Source of the DNA: an uncultured Gammaproteobacteria bacterium
GTDB taxonomy: Bacteria; Patescibacteriota; Microgenomatia; Levybacterales; UBA12049
Direction of reading: 5' to 3'
Length of the DNA stretch: 58,743 bases
NCBI GenBank assembly: GCA_964646925.1
Contig: CAZYIC010000001.1
Location: 1 to 58,743 of the forward strand
Of this stretch, positions 8,866-17,104 are shown piece by piece (position 1 is the stretch's first letter; each line of letters opens with the position of its first letter). Under the pieces are notes generated by a model. That model had not been told where the DNA came from and did no database searches. It worked only from the letters and a program-made list of their open reading frames with translations. The translations under genes and the position numbers were made by a program.

Positions 8866-8892
8866 TTAGCAATCTATCATAACATCTGCTAA
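8866..8892. promoter_or_regulatory. CIRCE-like inverted repeat overlapping the putative lon promoter
   Basis: TTAGCAATC-N9-ATCTGCTAA against the CIRCE consensus TTAGCACTC-N9-GAGTGCTAA (14/18; the outer hexamers TTAGCA/TGCTAA are perfect complements). On the minus strand it sits between TTGACA (8899-8894) and just downstream of TAGATT (8876-8871). Confidence 0.3.
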
Positions 8893-8920
8893 TTGTCAAT
8901 GTCCTATAATAGGTTAGGGG

Positions 8921-8948
8921 TTGACAATTGCAAAGTTAGGTCTAAAAT
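8921..8948 (+). promoter_or_regulatory. Sigma-70-type promoter for corA
   Basis: TTGACA (8921-8926), 16-nt spacer, TAAAAT (8943-8948). The ATG lies 62 nt downstream. Confidence 0.45.
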
Positions 8949-9010
8949 CTAATTATATATCTTTATGATCCTTCGACAATAGCTCAGGATCATACTGAAT
9001 TAGCTGAAGT

Positions 9011-9985
9011 ATGAACATCCAAACAGTCATCTTTCACGACTTGTCTTTTATAAATGTTTCCCGCCCGACTGACTTTGAGATTAAATACCTCAAGAACAAC
9101 TACTATTTTAATCCTCTCAATCTGGATGACTACATGCATAGAACTCAGATACCCAAAATAGAAAATCACAAAAAATACGATCTTGTTGTTCTCCGCTTTC
9201 CTCTTTTTAGCGAAAACGTCCCTCAAAATTCCCATCAATACGGAGTGCGTCTTCCCGCCTTCCACCCTCATGTCAAAAAAAGAAGGCTGATGAGCAGCTA
9301 TGTAAACTTTTTTATTTCAAAGGAGTATGTTATCGTACTTCACGCCGGGGAACTGCCCGAAATTAATCGTATTTTTAGCCTTTGCCAAAAAACCCTTCAC
9401 AGCCGCACCGAATATATGTCCCAGGGGCCAGCATTTCTTGCTTATAAAATTATAGATGCTTTAGTTGATGATTGTTTTCCCGTAGTTAATGAAATTACTT
9501 CCACAATAGATCGGATAGATAAAGACCTGGAAGATAAACAATCCCGAAAAACCTTGGAAGACATCTCGGGAACCAGAAGAAATTTAGTTGTATTTCATAC
9601 AATGATTAAGCCTATTTTGCCTCTTTTTAATCAACTTCAGGAAGGAAAATATGAAAAACTCAATGGCACCATGCAGTCTTTCTGGGGCAACATTTTAGAT
9701 CATTTACGAAAAATATTAGATAGAATTGAAGATAATCAGGAGCTTATTGAAGGAATATCCGAAAGCAATGAGTCTCTTCTTTCATCCTATTCCAATCAAA
9801 TCATTAAAGTTCTCACTATCTTTTCGGCGATTATTCTGCCTTTAAATTTGCTGGCAAGTATTTACGGGATGAACCTAAGGCTTCCATTCGCAGATGACCC
9901 GTTTGTCTTCTGGATAATTATGCTTTTGATGGTTTTGGGAGCAATTATTATGCTTTTTATTCTTAAGCTTAAGAGATGGTTCTAG
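9011..9985 (+). CDS. corA: CorA magnesium/cobalt transporter
   Basis: 324 aa. C-terminal two TM segments with the YGMN motif (ASIYGMNLRLPF). Confidence 0.92.
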   Translation: MNIQTVIFHDLSFINVSRPTDFEIKYLKNNYYFNPLNLDDYMHRTQIPKIENHKKYDLVVLRFPLFSENVPQNSHQYGVRLPAFHPHVKKRRLMSSYVNFFISKEYVIVLHAGELPEINRIFSLCQKTLHSRTEYMSQGPAFLAYKIIDALVDDCFPVVNEITSTIDRIDKDLEDKQSRKTLEDISGTRRNLVVFHTMIKPILPLFNQLQEGKYEKLNGTMQSFWGNILDHLRKILDRIEDNQELIEGISESNESLLSSYSNQIIKVLTIFSAIILPLNLLASIYGMNLRLPFADDPFVFWIIMLLMVLGAIIMLFILKLKRWF

Positions 9986-9993
9986 TCTGAAGC

Positions 9994-10557
9994 TTATCGC
10001 ATGCATGCATTGTCTGCCCACAAGCCTTCTTTGTTTTCCGAAGCTTTCTTTTCTGCTTCAATAAATTTTAATTGATATTTATAGGGGTTACTTTGATAAG
10101 TATATTCATGAGCATACCCTTCGCTTACCATTAGCTCATTGAAGTTTAAATTATCGAGGAAGACATATCTCAAAAGTCTTCCGTATTTATCGCGATCTCC
10201 CTGCGTTGGATCTGATTCAAGCGTAACGGTTTTGCCCGTTAATATTTCTTTTGCTTTGTCACCAGCTTCTTTCCCAAAACATTCAATAGTTTTTCTTGGA
10301 TCCATAGTTTCCGGAGCATCAATTCCAATTAATCTCACCGCTTCCTCTTTATTATTTATTAAAACTTTGACCGTATCCCCATCCACAATCTTTGTTACGC
10401 GAACTTTTTCTTGCATCTGAGGATTTTGGGCATTTTTTGGCGAAAGCTGAAGAACTTTACTATTGTCTTTCGAAGAAAAATTGTTTAGCAGAACGAAAAC
10501 TACAACCAAAATGGCAAAAGATACATGAGGCAAAACTTTTTTATATCTCACAGCCAT
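9994..10557 (-). CDS. Secreted thermonuclease (staphylococcal nuclease/SNase family)
   Basis: 187 aa with an N-terminal TM/signal segment. DGDTVKV...VRLIGIDAPE...YGRLLRYV...GYA SNase core motifs. Confidence 0.88.
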   Translation of the reverse strand: MAVRYKKVLPHVSFAILVVVFVLLNNFSSKDNSKVLQLSPKNAQNPQMQEKVRVTKIVDGDTVKVLINNKEEAVRLIGIDAPETMDPRKTIECFGKEAGDKAKEILTGKTVTLESDPTQGDRDKYGRLLRYVFLDNLNFNELMVSEGYAHEYTYQSNPYKYQLKFIEAEKKASENKEGLWADNACMR

Positions 10558-11471
10558 TTATATTTACGGGCTAAATCCTGAAACCAGAAATACAGATTTT
10601 TGGCAAAATTTTCGTACTTGTTTTGTTTTTTACATACTATTTCAAGAGAAGTCCTATCCTCGAAAGACGGTGTTAATTCTTGAGTTGAAAAAGGAAACAT
10701 TATTGATTTTTCGTTTGACACATGTCCTATCCCCAATGCATGCCCCATCTCATGCGCAAGAGTATGAATAAGCTCGTCTCTGGATGAAGTAATATAAATT
10801 GTAATTTTTTGTTTTTCTCCGTCAAATAATCCTTCTTCCGGACGCAAACTCAGCTCTTCTTTAAAAGAACTTATTGTTTGATTAAGCTCTCCGACTTGAG
10901 TATTGTACTCTCTGGTTGAAAGATTTAAGTCTCTTGCCATATTATTTAATCTCTCTGCCTCCTGCTTAACATCCTGCTGTTCTTGTGTTAATTTGTTAAA
11001 TTCGTCGGGCGGAGCTCCTCCCTGATTATTCCAATAGGAAATTTTATCGTTCAAATTTTTTACCCTTTGATTAAATTGCCCAATCAACTCCTCATATTTT
11101 TTGATATTCGAGTCCAGAGCCGACTTTCCGCTGCCCAGTTTGTTTTCAAGCTCGCCAATTTGAGTATTCAAGGATTGCCGATTATCATACTCAAGGTTAA
11201 AACTTAATTCCGCCCTACTGTCATAATTAAACAAATTTTTTGAATTAATATTTTCCCAGATTGTTTCAGCGGTCTTAATCTCCTTTAAAAATTCGCTTTC
11301 CTGAATATTAAACCGGGGATCAACAATTCCTATTCTATAATTTATCGGGATATCGCAAGGAGAAAAATAAATATATTGATTTAAGAATATCGTAAATGGG
11401 GAATAAGAAAAATATAAAACAGGCGTAAAAACAAGAAAAGAAAAAAAGATCGCATAAATAATTTTCTTCAT
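10548..11471 (-). CDS. Membrane-anchored metzincin (matrixin/M10-like) zinc metalloprotease with a coiled-coil region
   Basis: HEMGHALGIGH (HExxHxxGxxH) followed by SIMFP (Met-turn). I moved the start to MKKIIYAIFF (ATG 11471-11469) because the 391-aa track ORF runs through tRNA-Gln and the obg start. Confidence 0.75.
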   Translation of the reverse strand: MKKIIYAIFFSFLVFTPVLYFSYSPFTIFLNQYIYFSPCDIPINYRIGIVDPRFNIQESEFLKEIKTAETIWENINSKNLFNYDSRAELSFNLEYDNRQSLNTQIGELENKLGSGKSALDSNIKKYEELIGQFNQRVKNLNDKISYWNNQGGAPPDEFNKLTQEQQDVKQEAERLNNMARDLNLSTREYNTQVGELNQTISSFKEELSLRPEEGLFDGEKQKITIYITSSRDELIHTLAHEMGHALGIGHVSNEKSIMFPFSTQELTPSFEDRTSLEIVCKKQNKYENFAKNLYFWFQDLARKYKWL

Positions 11472-11480
11472 AATTTTAAG

Positions 11481-11551
11481 CTGCCGAGCAGGGATTCGAA
11501 CCCCAATAACGACCTCCAGAGGGTCGCGTCCTACCGTTAGACGACTCGGCA
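11481..11551 (-). tRNA. tRNA-Gln (anticodon CUG)
   Basis: 71-nt cloverleaf. U1-A72 pair and G73 discriminator (Gln identity features), D-arm GTCT-AACGGTA-GGAC, anticodon stem CGACC/GGTCG with loop CTCTGGA, T-loop TTCGAAT. Confidence 0.85.
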
Positions 11552-11577
11552 ATACAAAGTCAATTTTATCACTCTTA

Positions 11578-11586
11578 TGGTACAAT
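11578..11586 (+). promoter_or_regulatory. Extended -10 promoter (TGGTACAAT) placed 6 nt upstream of the obg ATG; predicts a leaderless mRNA
   Basis: TGGTACAAT-GTCGAC-ATG. The A of the ATG falls at the expected +1. Confidence 0.45.
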
Positions 11587-11592
11587 GTCGAC

Positions 11593-12564
11593 ATGTTGGT
11601 TGATAATATTAATTTAATTGTCAAAGCTGGAAACGGCGGGGACGGGGCCGCAACTTTTTTGCGCAACGAAAGTACCGCCAGAGGCGGACCTGACGGTGGC
11701 AATGGCGGGGATGGCGGAAACATATATTTTCAAGGATCGACAAATGTAAATGATCTTCGTGAATTTCGATTTAAAAAAAGAATTGAAGCAGGAAGCGGGG
11801 TTCCGGGAAAACATAAGAAATTGTTTGGAAAAAATGCAGAAGATTTGACTATTTATTTGCCTTTGGGAACACGGGTAACGGAGACTGCTTCAGGAAAAAT
11901 AATTGAAATAACCGATACCAATAAACCTTTTCTTGTTGCAAAAGGAGGAAAAGGAGGACGAGGCAATACGGAATTTAAATCTGCCACCAATCAAGCGCCA
12001 AGATATGCTGAAAAGGGAACATTGGGAGAAGAAAAAAAATTGTTTCTAGAGCTAAGATTGATTGCGAACGTTGGTTTAATCGGATTGCCAAATGCCGGCA
12101 AAAGCAGTCTTCTTTCCGTTCTGACAAAAGCAACTCCAAAAATCGGTAATTATCCATTCACAACTCTTGAACCAAATATTGGAATGCTGGGAAAACATGC
12201 GATTGCTGATATTCCAGGATTAATTGAGGGAGCATCCGCTGGAAAAGGATTGGGAGTAGAATTTTTGAAACATATTGAAAAGACTAAGGTTTTAATTCAT
12301 TGTATAGACTCATCTTCGGAAAGCGTACAAAAAGATTACTCAACGGTAAGAAATGAATTTGAACAATATAATGCCTCATTATTGAATAAACCCGAGATTA
12401 TTTTGCTTACCAAAACTGATCTGGTAGATGAAAAAATGATAAAGAAAAATGTAGAGATTTTGAGCAAAAGGGGTAAAAAAGTCCTAACCGCATCCATTTA
12501 CAATCCGGAAAGCATAAACGCCTTAAGAAAAACCTTGGAAAAAATACTGAATTTGGGTCTATAA
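11593..12564 (+). CDS. obg: GTPase Obg/CgtA
   Basis: 323 aa. Gly-rich Obg fold (KAGNGGDGAATF...GGPDGGNGGDGGNIYF) and G1 motif GLPNAGKSSL. Confidence 0.95.
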   Translation: MLVDNINLIVKAGNGGDGAATFLRNESTARGGPDGGNGGDGGNIYFQGSTNVNDLREFRFKKRIEAGSGVPGKHKKLFGKNAEDLTIYLPLGTRVTETASGKIIEITDTNKPFLVAKGGKGGRGNTEFKSATNQAPRYAEKGTLGEEKKLFLELRLIANVGLIGLPNAGKSSLLSVLTKATPKIGNYPFTTLEPNIGMLGKHAIADIPGLIEGASAGKGLGVEFLKHIEKTKVLIHCIDSSSESVQKDYSTVRNEFEQYNASLLNKPEIILLTKTDLVDEKMIKKNVEILSKRGKKVLTASIYNPESINALRKTLEKILNLGL

Positions 12565-12571
12565 TAGGTTG

Positions 12572-13522
12572 ATGGAAAAAATTTATTATGTAAAAGGCTC
12601 CCAACCCAGAACAGGAAAGAATATTTTTATTATTTTCTTTTCCTTCACAGCACTATCTTTTCTGGTGTTTTTTTTGATAAACATATTTCTAAATCAATCC
12701 TCTCCTCAAATTTATAAGAAAGTAAAATCGCAAATAGATATTTTAATACCGCCTGAAGATAAACTATTGAAGCAGGTGGTGCAGAATGAATTAAAAGAAA
12801 GCAAGGGAAGTTATGGTGTTGCTATAAAGAATTTAAAAACCGGTGAAAATTATTATTTTAATGAACATAATCGCTATAACTCGGCAAGTTTATACAAACT
12901 CTGGGTTATGGCGGAAACGTTTGCGCAAATTAAAAATGGAAGATTAAAAGAAGATGATACTCTAAGTGAAGATGCTGAAATGCTAAATGATAAATTTAAT
13001 ATCGCCTCGGAATCCGCAGAGTTTACGGAAGGAGCAATTACGCTGTCCGTCAATAATGCTTTGAATAAAATGATCGGTATTTCGGATAATTATGCCGCTT
13101 TGCTTCTGGCGGCAAAAATACGCTTATCAAACATTGCATCTTTTTTAAGGTTAAACGGATTTAACGAGTCAACAGTCGGATCAAATGGAGATGCTCCCGC
13201 AACAACCGCACATGACGTCTTACTTTTTTTTGAAAAACTATATAATGCACAGCTTATCAATGAAAAATATAGCACTTTAATGCTGGAGCTATTAAAAACG
13301 CAAAAATTGAATAACAAAATGCCTAAATATCTTCCCCAAGATACCGTTATAGCGCATAAAACCGGAGAATTGGATAAATATAACCATGATGGCGGAATTG
13401 TGTATGGCGCAAATGGCGATTATATTATTGTTATTTTAACAAAAACCAACGCATCCGACTTAGCTGCAAATAGAATATCCAATATCTCTGAAGCGGTTTT
13501 TAACTATTTTGAAAATAATTAA
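12572..13522 (+). CDS. Membrane-anchored class A beta-lactamase-like serine hydrolase
   Basis: SxxK (SASLYK), SDN (ISDNYAA) and KTG (HKTGEL) motifs with an N-terminal TM segment. I took the ATG at 12572 rather than the TTG at 12569. Confidence 0.75.
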   Translation: MEKIYYVKGSQPRTGKNIFIIFFSFTALSFLVFFLINIFLNQSSPQIYKKVKSQIDILIPPEDKLLKQVVQNELKESKGSYGVAIKNLKTGENYYFNEHNRYNSASLYKLWVMAETFAQIKNGRLKEDDTLSEDAEMLNDKFNIASESAEFTEGAITLSVNNALNKMIGISDNYAALLLAAKIRLSNIASFLRLNGFNESTVGSNGDAPATTAHDVLLFFEKLYNAQLINEKYSTLMLELLKTQKLNNKMPKYLPQDTVIAHKTGELDKYNHDGGIVYGANGDYIIVILTKTNASDLAANRISNISEAVFNYFENN

Positions 13523-13560
13523 GGACTCTCCTTAATTTAATAGGAAACGTGTTGATGCGA

Positions 13561-13589
13561 TTGACTTTTGGGATGTTTTTTGGTATAAT
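13561..13589 (+). promoter_or_regulatory. Strong sigma-70 promoter for the DEAD-box helicase
   Basis: TTGACT (13561-13566), 17-nt spacer, TGgTATAAT (TATAAT at 13584-13589). Leaves a leader of about 65 nt. Confidence 0.55.
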
Positions 13590-13660
13590 ATAGGATATTA
13601 AATCAGGCAGATTGAAGGAATAAATCGCATCTTTTCCCTACTCATAGCTTCAATTAATAT

Positions 13661-14860
13661 ATGAATAAACACAGATTTAATCCAAGGAAAAATTTTGGAA
13701 GAGGTTTTAAAAGATTTCCCCAAAGATCAATGAAAAATTCCGAGCTGATTGCCGCAATTGCGGCAACTAAGGCTGTTAATGAAATCAGACAGGCTCAACC
13801 GGAAATCACATATATTTCAACAAACAAGTTTGAAGATTTCAAAATTTCCCCACAAGTTTTGGAAAATGTTAAACTTAAGGGGTATACGACTCCTACACCT
13901 ATTCAAGATCAGGTGATACATTCCATAATTGAAGGACGGGACGTCATTGGCATTGCCAATACAGGCACAGGTAAAACAGCTGCCTTTCTGATTCCCTTGG
14001 TTGATAAGGTTTTCAGAAACAAGTTAGAAAGAGTGCTGATTGTTGCCCCAACGCATGAATTGGTACTTCAGATTCATGATGAATTACGCGGATTTGCCAG
14101 AGGCTTGGGCATATATACTGCGCTTTGCATTGGAGGAGTAAGTATGGGAAAACAAATTTCCCAATTAAGGCAAAAACCACATTTTGTAATAGGTACGCCC
14201 GGAAGATTAAAAGATCTTATTAAAACTAGAATTTTACAGCTTTCGGAGTTTCATAATGTAGTGCTGGATGAGGCAGACCGCATGGTTGACATAGGTTTTA
14301 TCAAAGATATTAAATATTTTATCTCTCTTATGCCGCCTGTACGTCAATCACTCTTTTTCTCAGCGACGATTTCAGGAAAAGTAAGAGAGATTCTGCAAAC
14401 ATTTGTCAAAAATCCGATTACAGTATCTGTGAAAAAGCAAGAAACTGCGGAAAATATTGAGCAGGAGATCGTTAGGCTTAACCCCGGACAAAATAAAGTT
14501 GATAAATTGCATGATTTACTGAGGGAACCCGAATTCGAGAAAGTCCTTATTTTCGGAAGAACAAAATGGGGAGTGCAAAAACTAACCGAGGAGTTGATTA
14601 GGCGCGGATTTAAAGCGGGGGCTATTCATGGAAACAAAAGACAAAATCAGCGTCAAAGAACTCTGGACGCATTTAAATCAAACGAGATTCAAATACTCTT
14701 GGGAACAGACGTTGCCTCACGCGGACTTGATATCCCCAACGTAAGTCATGTTATCAACTACGACATGCCTGAATCATATGAAGTGTATGTTCATAGAATC
14801 GGCCGGACAGGAAGGATAGATAAGAAAGGCACTGCCCTAACATTCCTCGAAGGCGTATAA
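13661..14860 (+). CDS. DEAD-box ATP-dependent RNA helicase
   Basis: 399 aa. Q-motif, ANTGTGKT, DEAD, SAT and HRIGRTGR motifs. Confidence 0.95.
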   Translation: MNKHRFNPRKNFGRGFKRFPQRSMKNSELIAAIAATKAVNEIRQAQPEITYISTNKFEDFKISPQVLENVKLKGYTTPTPIQDQVIHSIIEGRDVIGIANTGTGKTAAFLIPLVDKVFRNKLERVLIVAPTHELVLQIHDELRGFARGLGIYTALCIGGVSMGKQISQLRQKPHFVIGTPGRLKDLIKTRILQLSEFHNVVLDEADRMVDIGFIKDIKYFISLMPPVRQSLFFSATISGKVREILQTFVKNPITVSVKKQETAENIEQEIVRLNPGQNKVDKLHDLLREPEFEKVLIFGRTKWGVQKLTEELIRRGFKAGAIHGNKRQNQRQRTLDAFKSNEIQILLGTDVASRGLDIPNVSHVINYDMPESYEVYVHRIGRTGRIDKKGTALTFLEGV

Positions 14861-14867
14861 TAATTAC

Positions 14868-15128
14868 GTGGCATATACTGTTTACATCCTCCGCACATCT
14901 TCAAATACTTTATATACCGGACAAACAAATAATCTTGAGAAAAGATTAAAAGAACATAAAAATAAAACCAAAAGATCAGCAAAATACATGCGAAGTTTTA
15001 AATCATTTAAATTAGCTTACGCTGAAAATCACCCCACTCTTTCTAAAGCCTTAAAACGAGAAATGGAATTAAAAAAATTATCACACACAAAGAAAGAGTT
15101 GTTAATAAAAAAGAAATCTTCTATTTAG
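14868..15128 (+). CDS. GIY-YIG nuclease superfamily small protein (UPF0213-like)
   Basis: 86 aa. YTVYILRTSSNTLYTGQTNNLEKRLKEH is the GIY-YIG core. GTG start. Confidence 0.8.
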   Translation: MAYTVYILRTSSNTLYTGQTNNLEKRLKEHKNKTKRSAKYMRSFKSFKLAYAENHPTLSKALKREMELKKLSHTKKELLIKKKSSI

Positions 15129-15166
15129 CTTGACTTAACAAATCAAATTTTATATACTTTCCATCC

Positions 15167-15568
15167 ATGAAAAATCCTTTTGAAAAAACAATCAAAAAAA
15201 TATTACTCCATAAATTATTAAATTCTTTAAGAGAAGATTTGTCTTTCTACGCAAATCATACTGAATTATTTGCAATATGGACATTATTATTTGGAATTAT
15301 TGCAGGATTATTTATTTTTTCTGTTAACAGCAATATTTTTATCATTTTGTTATCCCTAATTACTGGAGTCGCAATTGTATTTACAATCGCTTTCTTTTCT
15401 ATTCATTATCTCTACGCAATAAATTATGATTATGAAAAAAAATTACTTATCAAAATTCACAATACTCTTAATAGGTCTTTCGAATTAAGGCATTTATTTT
15501 ATTTTATAAAAATTCCACGCATCTCAATCCTCAATAACTTTGTAAGAAATATAAAATTCGCTCACTAA
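15167..15568 (+). CDS. Hypothetical membrane protein (2 TM)
   Basis: 133-aa ORF with a hydrophobic hairpin. No recognisable motif. Confidence 0.4.
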   Translation: MKNPFEKTIKKILLHKLLNSLREDLSFYANHTELFAIWTLLFGIIAGLFIFSVNSNIFIILLSLITGVAIVFTIAFFSIHYLYAINYDYEKKLLIKIHNTLNRSFELRHLFYFIKIPRISILNNFVRNIKFAH

Positions 15569-15586
15569 TTCTGATATACTAAACTG

Positions 15587-16141
15587 ATGAAACGGTTTAT
15601 AAATTATAAATATAAGGGACTTGCTCTTATTTTTGTTAGCATCCTCTTAACAATTTTTTTATCTAAAAATAATTTCTTAAATCAAATTATCCTTAACGCC
15701 TCAAGTATCCCAATGCTAGGCTCCTTCATTGCAGGGATACTTTATGTTTCAGCATCTACAGCAGCGTTTGGAGTTTTTATTCTCTTAGGGTTATCAAAAA
15801 ATTTATCAGCAATAGAAATAGCATTATTTGCGGGACTGGGAGGAGCTGTGGCTGATTTTGTTATCTTTCGTTTCATCAGGGGAGATTTGATTGGCGAAAT
15901 TACACCTATCTACAACAAGCTTGGAGGATATTACTTTACGCGGCTGATGCATCGCAGGCTCTTGCGATGGAGTTTGCCCATTATTGGAGCTTTTATTATC
16001 GCGTCCCCCTTTCCCGATGAGATAGGAATAGCCTTGATGGGCTTGTCTAAAATAAAAAACTATCAATTTGTCTTGTTGTCTTTTGTTTTGGATACAGTCG
16101 GAGTTTTTCTTCTAGTTTCCGCGTTCTCCTTAATAAAATAG
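15587..16141 (+). CDS. Hypothetical polytopic membrane protein
   Basis: 184-aa ORF with 4-5 TM segments. No family recognised with confidence. Confidence 0.4.
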   Translation: MKRFINYKYKGLALIFVSILLTIFLSKNNFLNQIILNASSIPMLGSFIAGILYVSASTAAFGVFILLGLSKNLSAIEIALFAGLGGAVADFVIFRFIRGDLIGEITPIYNKLGGYYFTRLMHRRLLRWSLPIIGAFIIASPFPDEIGIALMGLSKIKNYQFVLLSFVLDTVGVFLLVSAFSLIK

Positions 16142-16498
16142 CCTGAAGACATAGGGGATAAATATAAAAAGCCCTATTATTACCGATCCGATCGTAGCTA
16201 CCAAAACCATTCCCGCTCCTACGTCTTTCGCAATCTTAGCTTCTTTTCTATGCTCTTTGATAATAAGATTAACCATTTCTTCCAATGAGGTATTTATCAT
16301 TTCAGATAAAATTACCAACAAAATAGTTATTACCAGAATTACCATTTCCAGAGAAGTAATCTGAAAATATAAGCCAATTGAAATAACTAATAGGGCAAAA
16401 AAATAAGCAATGCGTAAATTACGATTATATTTTAGGGCGTGCAAGATACCTTCCAATGCATACCTTACGGAACTTAATAAAGATCTATCGTAGTTCAT
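16130..16498 (-). CDS. dgkA: Diacylglycerol/undecaprenol kinase (DgkA family)
   Basis: 122 aa with 3 TM segments. RYALEGILHALK...SEMINTSLEEMVN...AKDVGAGMVLV matches the prokaryotic DAGK pattern. Confidence 0.85.
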   Translation of the reverse strand: MNYDRSLLSSVRYALEGILHALKYNRNLRIAYFFALLVISIGLYFQITSLEMVILVITILLVILSEMINTSLEEMVNLIIKEHRKEAKIAKDVGAGMVLVATIGSVIIGLFIFIPYVFRLFY

Positions 16499-16501
16499 AT
16501 T

Positions 16502-17101
16502 TCAATTATAAATCATTCCCAAAAGAAATTGCTTACTAACTAGATACACTATTAATGTTATCACGACACCCAAAATAGTTCCAATTATAGTTTCCGCAAG
16601 TGTATGCTCTTTCATTTTAATACGTGACCATGCAAGAAGAGGAACAAGACTAAGAAGAAGAAAAAAATATTCTTTATAGACAATTCCTATAAATAATAAA
16701 GCGGCTGCGGCAGTTGCTAAATGGACGCTAACTTTAATCCATCTATTGACAATTATTATTACTGTCAACCCCAAGACAATTGCAAAAAATCCTATAAAAA
16801 GAATTTTTGGACCATCAAGAACGAGAAGGAACAATAAATAGCAAAAAGCTGCAAACGCTGAAAACGAAAAAAGAAGGGGTCTTTGTTCTCTTTTGGAAAC
16901 GTCAAGATTAGAAAAGACTCCAAGCATTACTCCCGCAACTACAAACAAAGCTACAGCAAGAATAAATGCGTAAGAAAATATCGTCCATTTCAAAGCATAA
17001 ACATAGTCTTGGGTAAATTTCCCAACCAAAATAAAAGGGATTGGGAGTAAGGTAAAAACAGGACTAAGAAAAAAAGATACTGTTTTAGCAAAACCCATCA
17101 T
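16502..17101 (-). CDS. PAP2-like lipid phosphatase membrane protein (tentative)
   Basis: 199 aa with 6 TM segments. Degenerate PAP2 motifs: KREQRP, VSVH, and SRIKMKEHTLAE (SRx5Hx3D/E). Adjacent to dgkA. Confidence 0.45.
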   Translation of the reverse strand: MMGFAKTVSFFLSPVFTLLPIPFILVGKFTQDYVYALKWTIFSYAFILAVALFVVAGVMLGVFSNLDVSKREQRPLLFSFSAFAAFCYLLFLLVLDGPKILFIGFFAIVLGLTVIIIVNRWIKVSVHLATAAAALLFIGIVYKEYFFLLLSLVPLLAWSRIKMKEHTLAETIIGTILGVVITLIVYLVSKQFLLGMIYN

Positions 17102-17104
17102 AAG

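Noticed and set aside
10548-11723. 391-aa version of the metalloprotease ORF
   Set aside because: Its N-terminal 84 codons run through tRNA-Gln (11481-11551) and antisense into obg, and they encode proline-rich junk. A signal-peptide-like MKKIIYAIFF start lies at 11471.
12560-12572. Independent leaderless promoters for the serine hydrolase (12560-12572) and the GIY-YIG gene (14856-14868)
   Set aside because: Kept only as weak examples. The TATAAT hexamers are formed by the TAA stop codons of the upstream genes (cTATAAtag, gTATAAtaa), so they may be chance. These genes may simply be co-transcribed.
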